Source: a candidate division WOR-3 bacterium
Lineage (GTDB): Bacteria > Hydrothermota > Tepidihabitantia > Tepidihabitantales > Tepidihabitantaceae
Length of the DNA stretch: 35,463 nucleotides
Reading direction: 5' to 3'
Assembly (NCBI GenBank): GCA_016935295.1
Contig: JAFGRF010000326.1
Coordinates: 1 to 35,463 of the forward strand
Positions 8,959 through 16,536 of the stretch are shown in pieces; the stretch's first letter is position 1; the number at the start of each line of letters is the position of its first letter. The notes beneath the pieces were generated by a model that worked only from the letters and a program-made list of their open reading frames with translations, ran no database searches and was not told where the DNA came from. A program made the position numbers and the translations under genes.

Positions 8959-8997
8959 TGTCTCCCTTGGGAGAATGGCTGTCTCCTCGGGGAGACA
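8959..8997 (+). promoter_or_regulatory. paired 18-bp palindromes (UAS)
   Basis: TGTCTCCCTTGGGAGAAT (8959-8976) and TGTCTCCTCGGGGAGACA (8980-8997), 21-bp phasing. The pair starts 9 bp after the HTH-fragment stop. Confidence 0.6.
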
Positions 8998-9050
8998 ACG
9001 CCGGCCATAGCGCCCTGCCAACTGGCTCGGAACGTTGCCCGACACTACCC

Positions 9051-9066
9051 TGGCACGTATCCTGCT
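9051..9066 (+). promoter_or_regulatory. sigma54 promoter
   Basis: TGGCAC-GTATC-CTGCT, 55 bp downstream of the UAS pair. Confidence 0.6.
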
Positions 9067-9310
9067 TTGGGAATGGTGGGTTACATAGAACCCAAGGGAA
9101 CGGCAACCTATGTTGCCATTGCCTCCGGCAACCAAACGGGCCCACAGCCGGTTGTCGTGACGGTTGCGGAAAGCCGGTGCGCCCGGACCCGTAGCCGACA
9201 TTGGTCGGAAGCTGCCGGGATAGCGCACCAGTCCCCTTTCCCGGCAGCTACCGTCCGCAGAGCAGAACGGGTCCAGCGCGCGCAGAAACACGAACAACAA
9301 TGGGAGAGAA

Positions 9311-9532
9311 ATGAAGATAGTCAGAACCATTCAGAAACCGGCCGGCATCCTCTACAGCCCCGCTACCGGCCTGATGGTGATGGAGTTCGCCGACCGGGGC
9401 CGTTACATCTACCACGATGTACCCAAGAGCATCTATGACGTCCTCAAGTGTGCGCCCGCTCACGTGCATGCCCAGTTCGTCAATAACGCCGGGCACCACT
9501 TTTCAGTCATCGATGGCATAGAAACGTACTGA
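9311..9532 (+). CDS. KTSC-domain protein
   Basis: 73 aa. ILYSPATGLMVMEFADRGRYIYHDVPKSIYDVL carries the central YxY..VP signature of the KTSC domain. Confidence 0.65.
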   Translation: MKIVRTIQKPAGILYSPATGLMVMEFADRGRYIYHDVPKSIYDVLKCAPAHVHAQFVNNAGHHFSVIDGIETY

Positions 9533-9607
9533 GGGCCGCTCCGCCGCGTCCGGCTGAGGCGCCATGCTGCGCCGCCGAAGTACGCGGGAGACGGCGGCCT
9601 TGGTTGG

Positions 9608-9622
9608 TGGCACGCTTCGTGC
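9608..9622 (+). promoter_or_regulatory. sigma54 promoter
   Basis: TGGCAC-GCTTC-GTGC, ~115 nt upstream of the lipoprotein start. Confidence 0.55.
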
Positions 9623-9738
9623 CCATAACAGACCATGGCGATGTGCAACGCCACGACTCTAGAAGACTGTGCCGGCTGCAACTCAAGCCCAGCGAGGCTT
9701 CCCCTGTCAGCCGGTCAACGCAAGAAAGGAAGATCCGT

Positions 9739-10500
9739 ATGAAGTATCTATCGACAACACTGGGAGCGCTGCTGCTTCTGGTCATTTCGTGCAATCAACC
9801 GGTCAGTCTCGTGATGCCGACGGTCAGCTACACGCCGGTTGACGACGGCGCGACGCTCCGCCTTACGTGGACCATGGTTGAAAAGGCTACCGGGTATACA
9901 GTGTACGTTGATGGCGTCCCGCATTCGATCATTTCCGGGATTTACTCCTACGACGTGTCGTCTCCGGCCAAGCTGATCCAGGTCTCGGCGGTCGCGAAAT
10001 CAAGTGAAAGTGATAAGTGGAGCCTTACGACAACAGTCAAGAAGACCAGCAACGTCGCGGTCTATTCGATGGCAGATTCGCAGCAGATCAACCACGCATT
10101 CTACTTCGATGCGACCGGTACGGCAATAGCGATTCCGATGACACAGGCTTCGGATGTTGATTTCGTGCTCGATACCACCCAGACTGCAGGTGCCATCCAG
10201 TTGCGTTCGCCCAATTCGTATGACCCGGTCTACAACACCAAGAGCAACTCGTCTGCCGCCACGAGCGTAACGAATCTGAATGACCTCACGATTGCTCCCG
10301 CGACCGGGGCGGATTACAGCCCGGCGCGCACGATTTCCGAGAGTTCGGTCTACGCCCTATGGCTGGATCCCAGCAACGACGGCTGGTCGGCCGAAGACCA
10401 TTTCGCCAAGATCAAAGTCGAAGCTCTCTCGGGTACGTCGGTGACGCTTACGACGGAATACCAGACGGTCCCCGGTCTCCGCTGGCTGATATCGGACTAG
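9739..10500 (+). CDS. lipoprotein with an FN3-like N-terminal domain, function unknown
   Basis: Internal ATG 9739 after AAGGAAG. Lipobox LLLLVISC. GATLRLTWTMVEKATGYTVYVDG is FN3-like. Codon third positions are visibly more AT-rich than in neighbouring genes. Confidence 0.7.
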   Translation: MKYLSTTLGALLLLVISCNQPVSLVMPTVSYTPVDDGATLRLTWTMVEKATGYTVYVDGVPHSIISGIYSYDVSSPAKLIQVSAVAKSSESDKWSLTTTVKKTSNVAVYSMADSQQINHAFYFDATGTAIAIPMTQASDVDFVLDTTQTAGAIQLRSPNSYDPVYNTKSNSSAATSVTNLNDLTIAPATGADYSPARTISESSVYALWLDPSNDGWSAEDHFAKIKVEALSGTSVTLTTEYQTVPGLRWLISD

Positions 10501-10531
10501 GGATTCTGAACGAAGCAGCAACCGCCTGCTG

Positions 10532-10558
10532 CGGCGGCGGCTGACGGAGCCGCCGCCG
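10532..10558 (+). terminator. GC-rich hairpin downstream of the lipoprotein gene
   Basis: CGGCGGCGGCT-gacgg-AGCCGCCGCCG (11-bp stem). No U-tail. Confidence 0.4.
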
Positions 10559-10616
10559 AGGCAGTTATGCCCGACGCATGGTAGGCAATCGACGATGCTC
10601 TCTCCCTATCGCCTCC

Positions 10617-10631
10617 TGGCACGAAAGCTGC
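10617..10631 (+). promoter_or_regulatory. sigma54 promoter
   Basis: TGGCAC-GAAAG-CTGC. The predicted TSS is ~20 nt before ATG 10664, with AAGGAG in between. Confidence 0.6.
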
Positions 10632-10663
10632 GTCACCTCAAGCAAACAAAAAGGAGATCGCTG

Positions 10664-11278
10664 ATGGAGAAGGTCGTGTTTGAGCTCGTGAAGCGCGATG
10701 GCCGGCGCGAAGCGTACCACCCGCAGAAGCTTGTGCGGTCACTCCTGCGAGCCGGTCTGGCGCCCCGCATGCTGGTCGAGACCGTCGCCAAGATCCGACC
10801 CTGGCCGGGCCTTGATACCGACTCTCTGCGCACATTGGTCGAGTACGCACTTTCGCTCCGGCAGCCAAGCGCGGCGCACCGCTACGCTACCACCCGCAGT
10901 CTTGTCGCTCGCTCGTCCGAGCAGTCAGCATCCGGCTGGGCCTGCATGAACCCGGAGACGGTGCGCAGGCTGGGTCTGAGACACGGCGACGCAGTCTGGC
11001 TGTGCCAGGAGCAGACGCCGGCGCCGTTCAGCATTGACAGCCGCGCGGACGTCGAGCGCGGCCAGGCCTGGCTCAACCCTCGGGAGATGGCCGCGATGGA
11101 GATAAGAGACGGGACCAAGCTGGCGGCCTCCAGCGTCTTTCACGACGGCTCGGCACCGACCGAGGATCGCCCGTACCGTGGCGGCGCCGGTGTGACCGCC
11201 CAGCCGCCGTCCGGGACGGCAGGACCTGTATTACTCTACGCTCGGGCCTCATCGCCGCCCAGCATGGATGCGGACTAG
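10664..11278 (+). CDS. ATP-cone domain protein with a CDC48_N/VatN-like double-psi beta-barrel
   Basis: Start moved to ATG 10664 (AAGGAG SD). VVFELVKRDGRREAYHPQKLVRSLLRAG is ATP-cone-like. NPETVRRLGLRHGDAVWL...GQAWLNPREMAAMEIRDGTKL is the barrel-like part. The tail looks disordered. Confidence 0.65.
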   Translation: MEKVVFELVKRDGRREAYHPQKLVRSLLRAGLAPRMLVETVAKIRPWPGLDTDSLRTLVEYALSLRQPSAAHRYATTRSLVARSSEQSASGWACMNPETVRRLGLRHGDAVWLCQEQTPAPFSIDSRADVERGQAWLNPREMAAMEIRDGTKLAASSVFHDGSAPTEDRPYRGGAGVTAQPPSGTAGPVLLYARASSPPSMDAD

Positions 11279-11918
11279 TACCGTCGGAATCTGCAAAACA
11301 AGACGACCTGAGGCTTCCACGCCCCAAGACATGAAAGTCGGCCCAGCGCCTCGGGTCGGCCTCCTGCCAGTGGACTGGGTACGGTGGTTCCTCCAGTATC
11401 GGTGACACCCACAACGAGCCATTTCGGGCGGGCGTGCAGGCGGTTCTCGACAATCTGCATGTAGTGGTGTGGATTGAGGCTTTAGCCTTGATGCTGGTGA
11501 CTGACACCCCCGCCTGGAGGACTACACCCCATGTCGTTCAGGAAGCCGTTCAAACCGTTACGTCGTATATCGTTTGGAGAGTAGTCTCGACCGCCGTACG
11601 CCGAAGAGCTTCCGTCGTAGTCTCCCCTGCTACGCAAACTGCTGCGGGGTCGGCTACCTCCTCGGCCATGCGCCAAACCGTCCGACCCGCAATCCAACCC
11701 GTTACCCCGCAGGCAACGTAGGCCGCAATTCCTCAGTTCGTCTGAGACACTGCGGAGCCAGGTGTCCTGCACATCACACCCGGAGTCATGTCATCAATCG
11801 TGTCCCGAGACACGCCCTCGGTACGATGCCCGCTCCACACGGAATCTGAACCCCGATGTGTGCAGCAGGGACCAGAATCATCTCGACTCGCCCGGGCAAC
11901 CGTCAGCACGGTCCGGTG

Positions 11919-12122
11919 TTACCAGTTCAGTCCGCCAGCGCCATTGCGCGCATTTGCTGAGTTGCCGCCCGTGCAACCACGCTCTAAAAGGGGACTGCCG
12001 CCATTCTCGCAATACTCTAGGGCAGACGAACCTGAACCGCAGTTTGCCCCAATGCCGGTCTGAGCATCGCGCAGGCTAACCGCGCGCGGGGCCTCGTACT
12101 TCGGTCTAGAAGCAGCTTTCAT
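11919..12122 (-). CDS. 67-aa Cys/Gly/Asn-rich peptide, candidate RiPP precursor
   Basis: Strong SD (AAAGGAG, 7 nt before the ATG). Sequence MKAASRPKYEAPRAVSLRDAQTGIGANCGSGSSALEYCENGGSPLLERGCTGGNSANARNGAGGLNW. The leader-like YxxPxxxxL segment is followed by a 3-Cys G/S/N-rich core. Confidence 0.45.
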   Translation of the reverse strand: MKAASRPKYEAPRAVSLRDAQTGIGANCGSGSSALEYCENGGSPLLERGCTGGNSANARNGAGGLNW

Positions 12123-12253
12123 ATCAACACTCCTTTTGACTTCACGTTTTGCCGACTTCCGAGGTCGGCGAGAATCCGGTCAACTTTCGCAAACCCCATG
12201 CAGTACAGGTCCGAGCTGATGGGAAACGTCACGACGAGGCCGCTGCCGCCGAA

Positions 12254-12499
12254 TCAGACTCGCCTAAGCAGCACCGGACCCCGGTTGAGCTTGTTGAGCT
12301 TGTTGTAGCCTGACCACTCGCTCCAGGGCGTCAGGTCTGATGCCGGAACCAGTCCCAGAAACAGGCCCACTGGGAGGACGGGGAATAGCGACTCCACACC
12401 AAACGAGTTCCGGACTCTCGCCATCACGCCCGGACACCGGTGCCCCGCGCCAGCCATCCGCCGCTCTGTTCTACGTAACGATGCGTGGTGAAACTCCAT
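12254..12499 (-). pseudogene. fragment related to the C-terminal half of the small OMP at 18954-19454
   Basis: VMARVRNSFGVESLFPVLPVGLFLGLVPASDLTP compares with MRIGVRVPFGLEYVFASVPIGLFLEVVPTFDLAG. The upstream part seems broken across several frames: a signal-like MKYVPALMIGFLAKPVASPLSG-stop begins at 12750. Confidence 0.35.
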
Positions 12500-12763
12500 C
12501 AGGGTCGTAGTCGTCTCTCCTGCCGGGTTTCCGGCGTCGCCGGCTGGTACTTCGAAGGGACTCTCGGTTCACGCCTCGTGAGCCGGACCGGTAGCCTGGG
12601 AGTGTGAGAGTTGGCCGGTTCGGCCCAGTAGAGCATCACCTCAGGCTTCCCCGGGCCAAGTCTGATAGCTGACCTCACGGCTTCATCCGCTCAGTGGGGA
12701 AGCGACAGGTTTCGCGAGGAAGCCGATCATCAGCGCTGGGACGTACTTCATGAACCAGCCGAG

Positions 12764-12779
12764 TGCAACCTGCGTGCCA
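12764..12779 (-). promoter_or_regulatory. sigma54 promoter (minus strand)
   Basis: The reverse complement reads TGGCAC-GCAGG-TTGCA, a perfect consensus. It points leftward toward 12750-11919. Confidence 0.7.
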
Positions 12780-12963
12780 CGACCAGTGGCGCCCGGTCGA
12801 CGGGGTGTTTCGCGGGCCCTGCCGGGTGGTTCGGGCGGACCGGTACCGGGCGCGCCGCCCTACAGGGTGGTCTCTAGTTCCGGCCCGACTTGCCAGGCAC
12901 GCTGGAAACCCGAAGATGAATCGGACGTCGGGCACGGTTTGCAGGGGCAGCTCCGACCGACGT

Positions 12964-13002
12964 AGTCTCCCTGAGGAGACAGTCATTCTCCCCGGGATAC
13001 AG
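12964..13002 (-). promoter_or_regulatory. paired palindromes (UAS) in inverted orientation
   Basis: AGTCTCCCTGAGGAGACA (12964-12981) and ATTCTCCCCGGGATACAG (12985-13002). The reverse complement closely matches the pair at 8959-8997. Confidence 0.55.
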
Positions 13003-13227
13003 ACACCCCATTGCTCATCAGACAAGAACGTGGACCGCCCTGGAAGGGCTATCAGACGAGGAACAGAACGAGGTTATGGAGCCATCGCCATCAAGGCAAC
13101 CTATGCCCCACATGCAACATCCTAAGCTATGGCAGTTCCCGCTCCCGCGCGAGCCAAGAATTGTCTGCCTCAGACTGCATGTCCCTCCACAGATGCAATC
13201 ATGGTACCGCCCCACAAGGCCGTGACT

Positions 13228-13266
13228 TGTCTCCTTCGGGAGAATCGGTGTCTCTTCAGGGAGACC
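13228..13266 (+). promoter_or_regulatory. paired palindromes (UAS)
   Basis: TGTCTCCTTCGGGAGAAT (13228-13245) and TGTCTCTTCAGGGAGACC (13249-13266). The flank gacTTGTCTCC is identical to that at 8956. Confidence 0.6.
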
Positions 13267-13402
13267 TCGCCGGGAGCAGCCCGGCGTCCGGGGCGCATCC
13301 GGGCCACGCTCAGACCACAGCCAATCCACATCTTCGCTTGGTACCGCCTTGTCCTGCGTAGTTCTGGTTTGGACGGGAACGGCATGTGCGCGTACGTCCT
13401 TC

Positions 13403-13418
13403 TGGCACGGCAAGTGCA
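13403..13418 (+). promoter_or_regulatory. sigma54 promoter
   Basis: TGGCAC-GGCAA-GTGCA. The predicted leader to ATG 13488 is ~60 nt. Confidence 0.7.
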
Positions 13419-13487
13419 GTGTGCTAGGTTAAGGTCGAACGGAAGCTGCGATCACAACCGCTGGCAACGTAACTGTGAGGATAAACT

Positions 13488-14186
13488 ATGATAAGGCTCA
13501 CAAAGCGCGATGGAACTCAGGACGGGTTCTTGCGCAGCAAGGTTGAGGAATCCTTGCGACGGGCCGGCGCATCCGATGATGTCATCAGTGGCACGTTGCA
13601 GCGCGTGACCCCGACCGATGGTGAAAGTACCGCGTCGTTCCGCAACCGGATAGTAGCAGAACTGCGGAGCCGGTCGCCCGAGACGGCCCGGCGCTACGAG
13701 AGCAGCCGGCGCCTCGACTTAGCCCGGACCGACAGCTTGGTCGAGGGCACGGCCTTGGTCAGCCCGTACACCCTGCACTACTACGGCTGGGAGCCGAACG
13801 ACGCTGTCAACGTCCAGCGCGGCAATAGGACGGTATCGCTGAAAGTCGATCAGTCAGCCACCGCCGACGTGCACATGATGTGTTGCAGCCCACGAACGCT
13901 CAAGATTGTGGGCGCATCCGAGGGAGCCAGAGTCACTCTGACCCAGAATCGCCAGCCAGAACGGGAACTTCCATTGCTCGGCCAAGCGCCGGTCGCCACT
14001 CCGACATCATGCGCGGCTTCGCCAAACGCCTCGGCCCAGCTCTGGTCGGACTCCGAAACGAACAGGGAAGGCTCTGGCGCTGACGGAAGGGCATCTACTC
14101 ACGGTGCAGCAGCGCTTCGCTCGCTTGACACCAACTCATCCGCGCCTAACGTCTCTACGGAGGCAAGGTCAAGTCCGGCCCTATGA
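13488..14186 (+). CDS. ATP-cone domain protein, paralog of 10664-11278
   Basis: MIRLTKRDGTQDGFLRSKVEESLRRAG is ATP-cone-like. The ARRYESSRRL boundary and following beta-rich domain are arranged as in the paralog. S/A/T-rich tail. Confidence 0.65.
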   Translation: MIRLTKRDGTQDGFLRSKVEESLRRAGASDDVISGTLQRVTPTDGESTASFRNRIVAELRSRSPETARRYESSRRLDLARTDSLVEGTALVSPYTLHYYGWEPNDAVNVQRGNRTVSLKVDQSATADVHMMCCSPRTLKIVGASEGARVTLTQNRQPERELPLLGQAPVATPTSCAASPNASAQLWSDSETNREGSGADGRASTHGAAALRSLDTNSSAPNVSTEARSSPAL

Positions 14187-14219
14187 CAGCAAGTTCTGGC
14201 AACCAATGGAGGTAGCCTC

Positions 14220-14651
14220 ATGACAGGATACGGAAAACGACTACTGACAATCCCCACGCTCTTGTTGAGCCTCACGCTGCTCGTCGCAGCGACCGCAGTC
14301 GGCTGCGGGAAGAAGAGTGCTCCCGCGCCACAAGCGGGCGCGACTCACGTAGAGCAGGCTCAGTCCGACGACCCGGGGTCGGTAAGTTATGACGAGGGCA
14401 GTCGCAGGTTAATTATCACCTTTCGGAGCGGCAGCGTCTACGAGTACACCGATGTGCCTCGTGACGTGTACTTGGGAATCTCGGCGGCTCCCGCCAAAGG
14501 CGTGTACCTCAATACCTACGTCAAGGACCGATACCCGTTCCGGGTAACGACATCCGGGCCGGCTGGTTCGACGGTCATTCAGATTCAGGGAGGAGAGTCG
14601 AAGCCGGCAAAGCCGCCGCAGTCTTCACAGGGACGCGGCAGGGGCCGGTAG
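14220..14651 (+). CDS. KTSC-domain lipoprotein
   Basis: GGAGG SD. Lipobox LVAATAVGC. SVSYDEGSRRLIITFRSGSVYEYTDVPRDVYLGI is the KTSC YxY..VP core. Likely co-transcribed with 13488-14186. Confidence 0.7.
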   Translation: MTGYGKRLLTIPTLLLSLTLLVAATAVGCGKKSAPAPQAGATHVEQAQSDDPGSVSYDEGSRRLIITFRSGSVYEYTDVPRDVYLGISAAPAKGVYLNTYVKDRYPFRVTTSGPAGSTVIQIQGGESKPAKPPQSSQGRGRGR

Positions 14652-14768
14652 GTACGGCAACGACCGCGCCTGACGCCGTAGGAAGGCTGGTTGACCGCTT
14701 CGACCTTGGTCACAAAACCTCCCCCTCCGGCGTGGTATGGTAATACGTCATAGTATGAGGAGAACACT

Positions 14769-15011
14769 ATCAGTACAACAAAGGTCGCAATCACGATTGA
14801 GCGTGACCTGCTCGTCCGTCTGGACCGGCTGGTCAGAAGCCGGAGATTCCCGAATCGGAGCCGGGCCGTGCAGGAGGCGATAAAGGAGAAGGTCGCGCGG
14901 CTTGAGCGCAGCCGGCTGACTGAGGAGTGTGATAAACTCTACCGGGTGTCGGAACGGAAGATGGCCGATGAGGGTCTATCGGAGGAGGCGGCGCTGTGGC
15001 CCGAGTATTGA
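14769..15011 (+). CDS. ribbon-helix-helix antitoxin (MazE/CopG-like); start codon unresolved
   Basis: The open frame after TAG 14751 encodes (I)STTKVAITIERDLLVRLDRLVRSRRFPNRSRAVQEAIKEKV... There is no ATG/GTG/TTG before the RHH strand. GAGGAG (14757-14762) lies 6 nt before ATC 14769. The stop overlaps the mazF start region. Confidence 0.55.
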   Translation: MSTTKVAITIERDLLVRLDRLVRSRRFPNRSRAVQEAIKEKVARLERSRLTEECDKLYRVSERKMADEGLSEEAALWPEY

Positions 15012-15334
15012 GGGGTGACGTTGTCCGGGCCGAGTTGAGCCCGACCCGAGGTCGCGGACAGGAAGGCCGGCGTCCGGTCCTGGTGCTGAGCCAGGAAGTC
15101 TTCAACGAACGTTCCGGCACCGTGATCGCAGCGGCCTTGACCACTCAACCTCGGGCGGCCGGCTTTCCGCTCACGCTAGAGCTATCCGTGCCCGAGCTAC
15201 CAAGGAAGTCATATGTGAAGATCGGTCAGGTGCGTACGCTCTCGACCAAGTGGCTGGGCCGGCGGATTGGCAGGGTCTCGCCGGAGGAACTTCGCCTCGT
15301 CATCGAGGGCCTGAACGAGATAATCGGCGAGTAA
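14996..15334 (+). CDS. mazF: MazF/PemK-family endoribonuclease toxin
   Basis: LRGDVVRAELSPTRGRGQEGRRPVLVLSQEVFNERSGTVIAAALTT... is typical PemK. The start is GTG 14996 or TTG 15008. Confidence 0.8.
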   Translation: MARVLRGDVVRAELSPTRGRGQEGRRPVLVLSQEVFNERSGTVIAAALTTQPRAAGFPLTLELSVPELPRKSYVKIGQVRTLSTKWLGRRIGRVSPEELRLVIEGLNEIIGE

Positions 15335-15359
15335 CGTCGGCATGGGTGTCGTCGGCCAG

Positions 15360-15684
15360 AAGCACAACCCTTCGTGCTGAAGCAGCACGGGATGCGGACT
15401 TCCTGCACTGCGACCTGTTGCTTCATACCGGGAGCCTCTTGCCCGCGCTGATCTGCTTCCTGCCGCTCTACGCGGGCGCAGTGGCTCGCGCCAGGCTCGC
15501 GAACGGGGCGGACAGTCCGATGAAAGTGGGGCTCAGGGTTCCGTTCGGGGCGGAGTATGTCCTCCCCATCATTCCGCTTGGTGTCTTCTTTGAGCTAGCT
15601 CCAATCCTCGACTTCGCTCCGGGAGTCGGCTTCAACGGCAACGGCGCAGTCGGGGTTCGCTACGACCTCGGCCCACGCAGTTGA
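15360..15684 (+). pseudogene. 5-prime-truncated paralog of the small OMP gene
   Basis: FLHCDLLLHTGSLLPALICFLPLYAGAVARARLANGADSPMKVGLRVPFGAEYVLPIIPLGVFFELAPILDF aligns to FHGDVLWHTNSLLQSSEDGYLPLYIGVGARVVMGDNHDYPDMRIGVRVPFGLEYVFASVPIGLFLEVVPTFDL. The signal peptide and first strands are missing. It begins right after mazF. Confidence 0.6.
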
Positions 15685-15821
15685 AAGCCGTGGGGAGAAC
15701 TGCCCTTCTTTCAATGAGTTGAAGGGGCAGCGCCGATTGCGATGAATCAGTTGACAGACTGGGGGCAGGGTCTCGGACTGACATCAGTGCGGGTGAATGA
15801 CTGCTGACAAAGGAGATCCAA

Positions 15822-16031
15822 ATGGTGAAGTCCTTCAGAATTGGCGTCACATCGCTGGCCCTGATGGTACTGCTTCTCGGACTGTCGGGCTGTAGACGAC
15901 TGGGCTCGGCAGAGCGCGCCGGCAGGAAGATCGACCAAACGGTTGAGAAAGTCGGGCAGCAGGTTGAGAAGGCCGGACAGCAGATCGATTCGGCCGCAAA
16001 GAAAATCCGGAAGGAAGTCCAGGGAAAGTAG
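15822..16031 (+). CDS. small lipoprotein with helical VEKxGQQ repeats
   Basis: AAAGGAG SD. Lipobox LLGLSGC. DQTVEKVGQQVEKAGQQIDSAAKKIRKEV. Confidence 0.6.
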   Translation: MVKSFRIGVTSLALMVLLLGLSGCRRLGSAERAGRKIDQTVEKVGQQVEKAGQQIDSAAKKIRKEVQGK

Positions 16032-16186
16032 CCTTGGCAAAGCAAGCAGATTGAAGCAACTGATGGTGGAGCACAATGAACGACCGGCAAACGGCCGTCA
16101 ACGAGATCTAGCAGACGCCGGTTGGTCTGCAGCCGGAGGTCACCGACTGCACCCGTGAGTGTATCGTGTTATCGGATGAGAAAGGA

Positions 16187-16498
16187 ATGAATGTGAACGA
16201 AGAACGCCAACGCTACAGCGACTACCTGAGTGAGTTCAATGGACTCAAAGGGGACCTTCATTTTGAGGGATCCGAAGCAGGGGGCTATCCGATAGTCGAA
16301 TTCAGACTCAAACCTGACGTCGAGGGCAGAGAGGCAGCATTCGTGCTCGCCAGCGTTCAAGAGAATTTCGTCGTCTTCGAAGGGCTAAGGGACATGAGGG
16401 TTAAGTCGGTCGCAGTGCCTTTGCCGAGCCTCATCGTAGTGAAGGAGGCACCGATGGACACTAGCTTGGCTGATCTGGTTCCACCTTCCGAGCGATAA
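16187..16498 (+). CDS. hypothetical protein
   Basis: ATG 16187 after GAGAAAGGA. 103 aa with no recognisable motif. Confidence 0.4.
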   Translation: MNVNEERQRYSDYLSEFNGLKGDLHFEGSEAGGYPIVEFRLKPDVEGREAAFVLASVQENFVVFEGLRDMRVKSVAVPLPSLIVVKEAPMDTSLADLVPPSER

Positions 16499-16536
16499 TG
16501 GGCCGCGGTCAACACCCCGGGTGAAACGCCGGGACT

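Noticed and set aside
11919-12122. Calling the 67-aa peptide a lasso peptide precursor.
   Set aside because: The leader is lasso/PqqA-like, but no Asp/Glu occurs at core positions 7-9 after any plausible Thr(-2) cleavage site. No lasso cyclase or leader peptidase genes are nearby.
14187-14219. TGGCAA-N5-GGAG upstream of the KTSC lipoprotein as another sigma54 promoter.
   Set aside because: There is no GC at the -12 position. The GGAGG is the ribosome-binding site, so the gene is more simply co-transcribed with 13488-14186.
15725-15740. sigma54-like GGGCAG-N-ATTGC upstream of the small lipoprotein gene.
   Set aside because: GG-to-GC spacing is 11 nt instead of 10, and no UAS palindrome is nearby.
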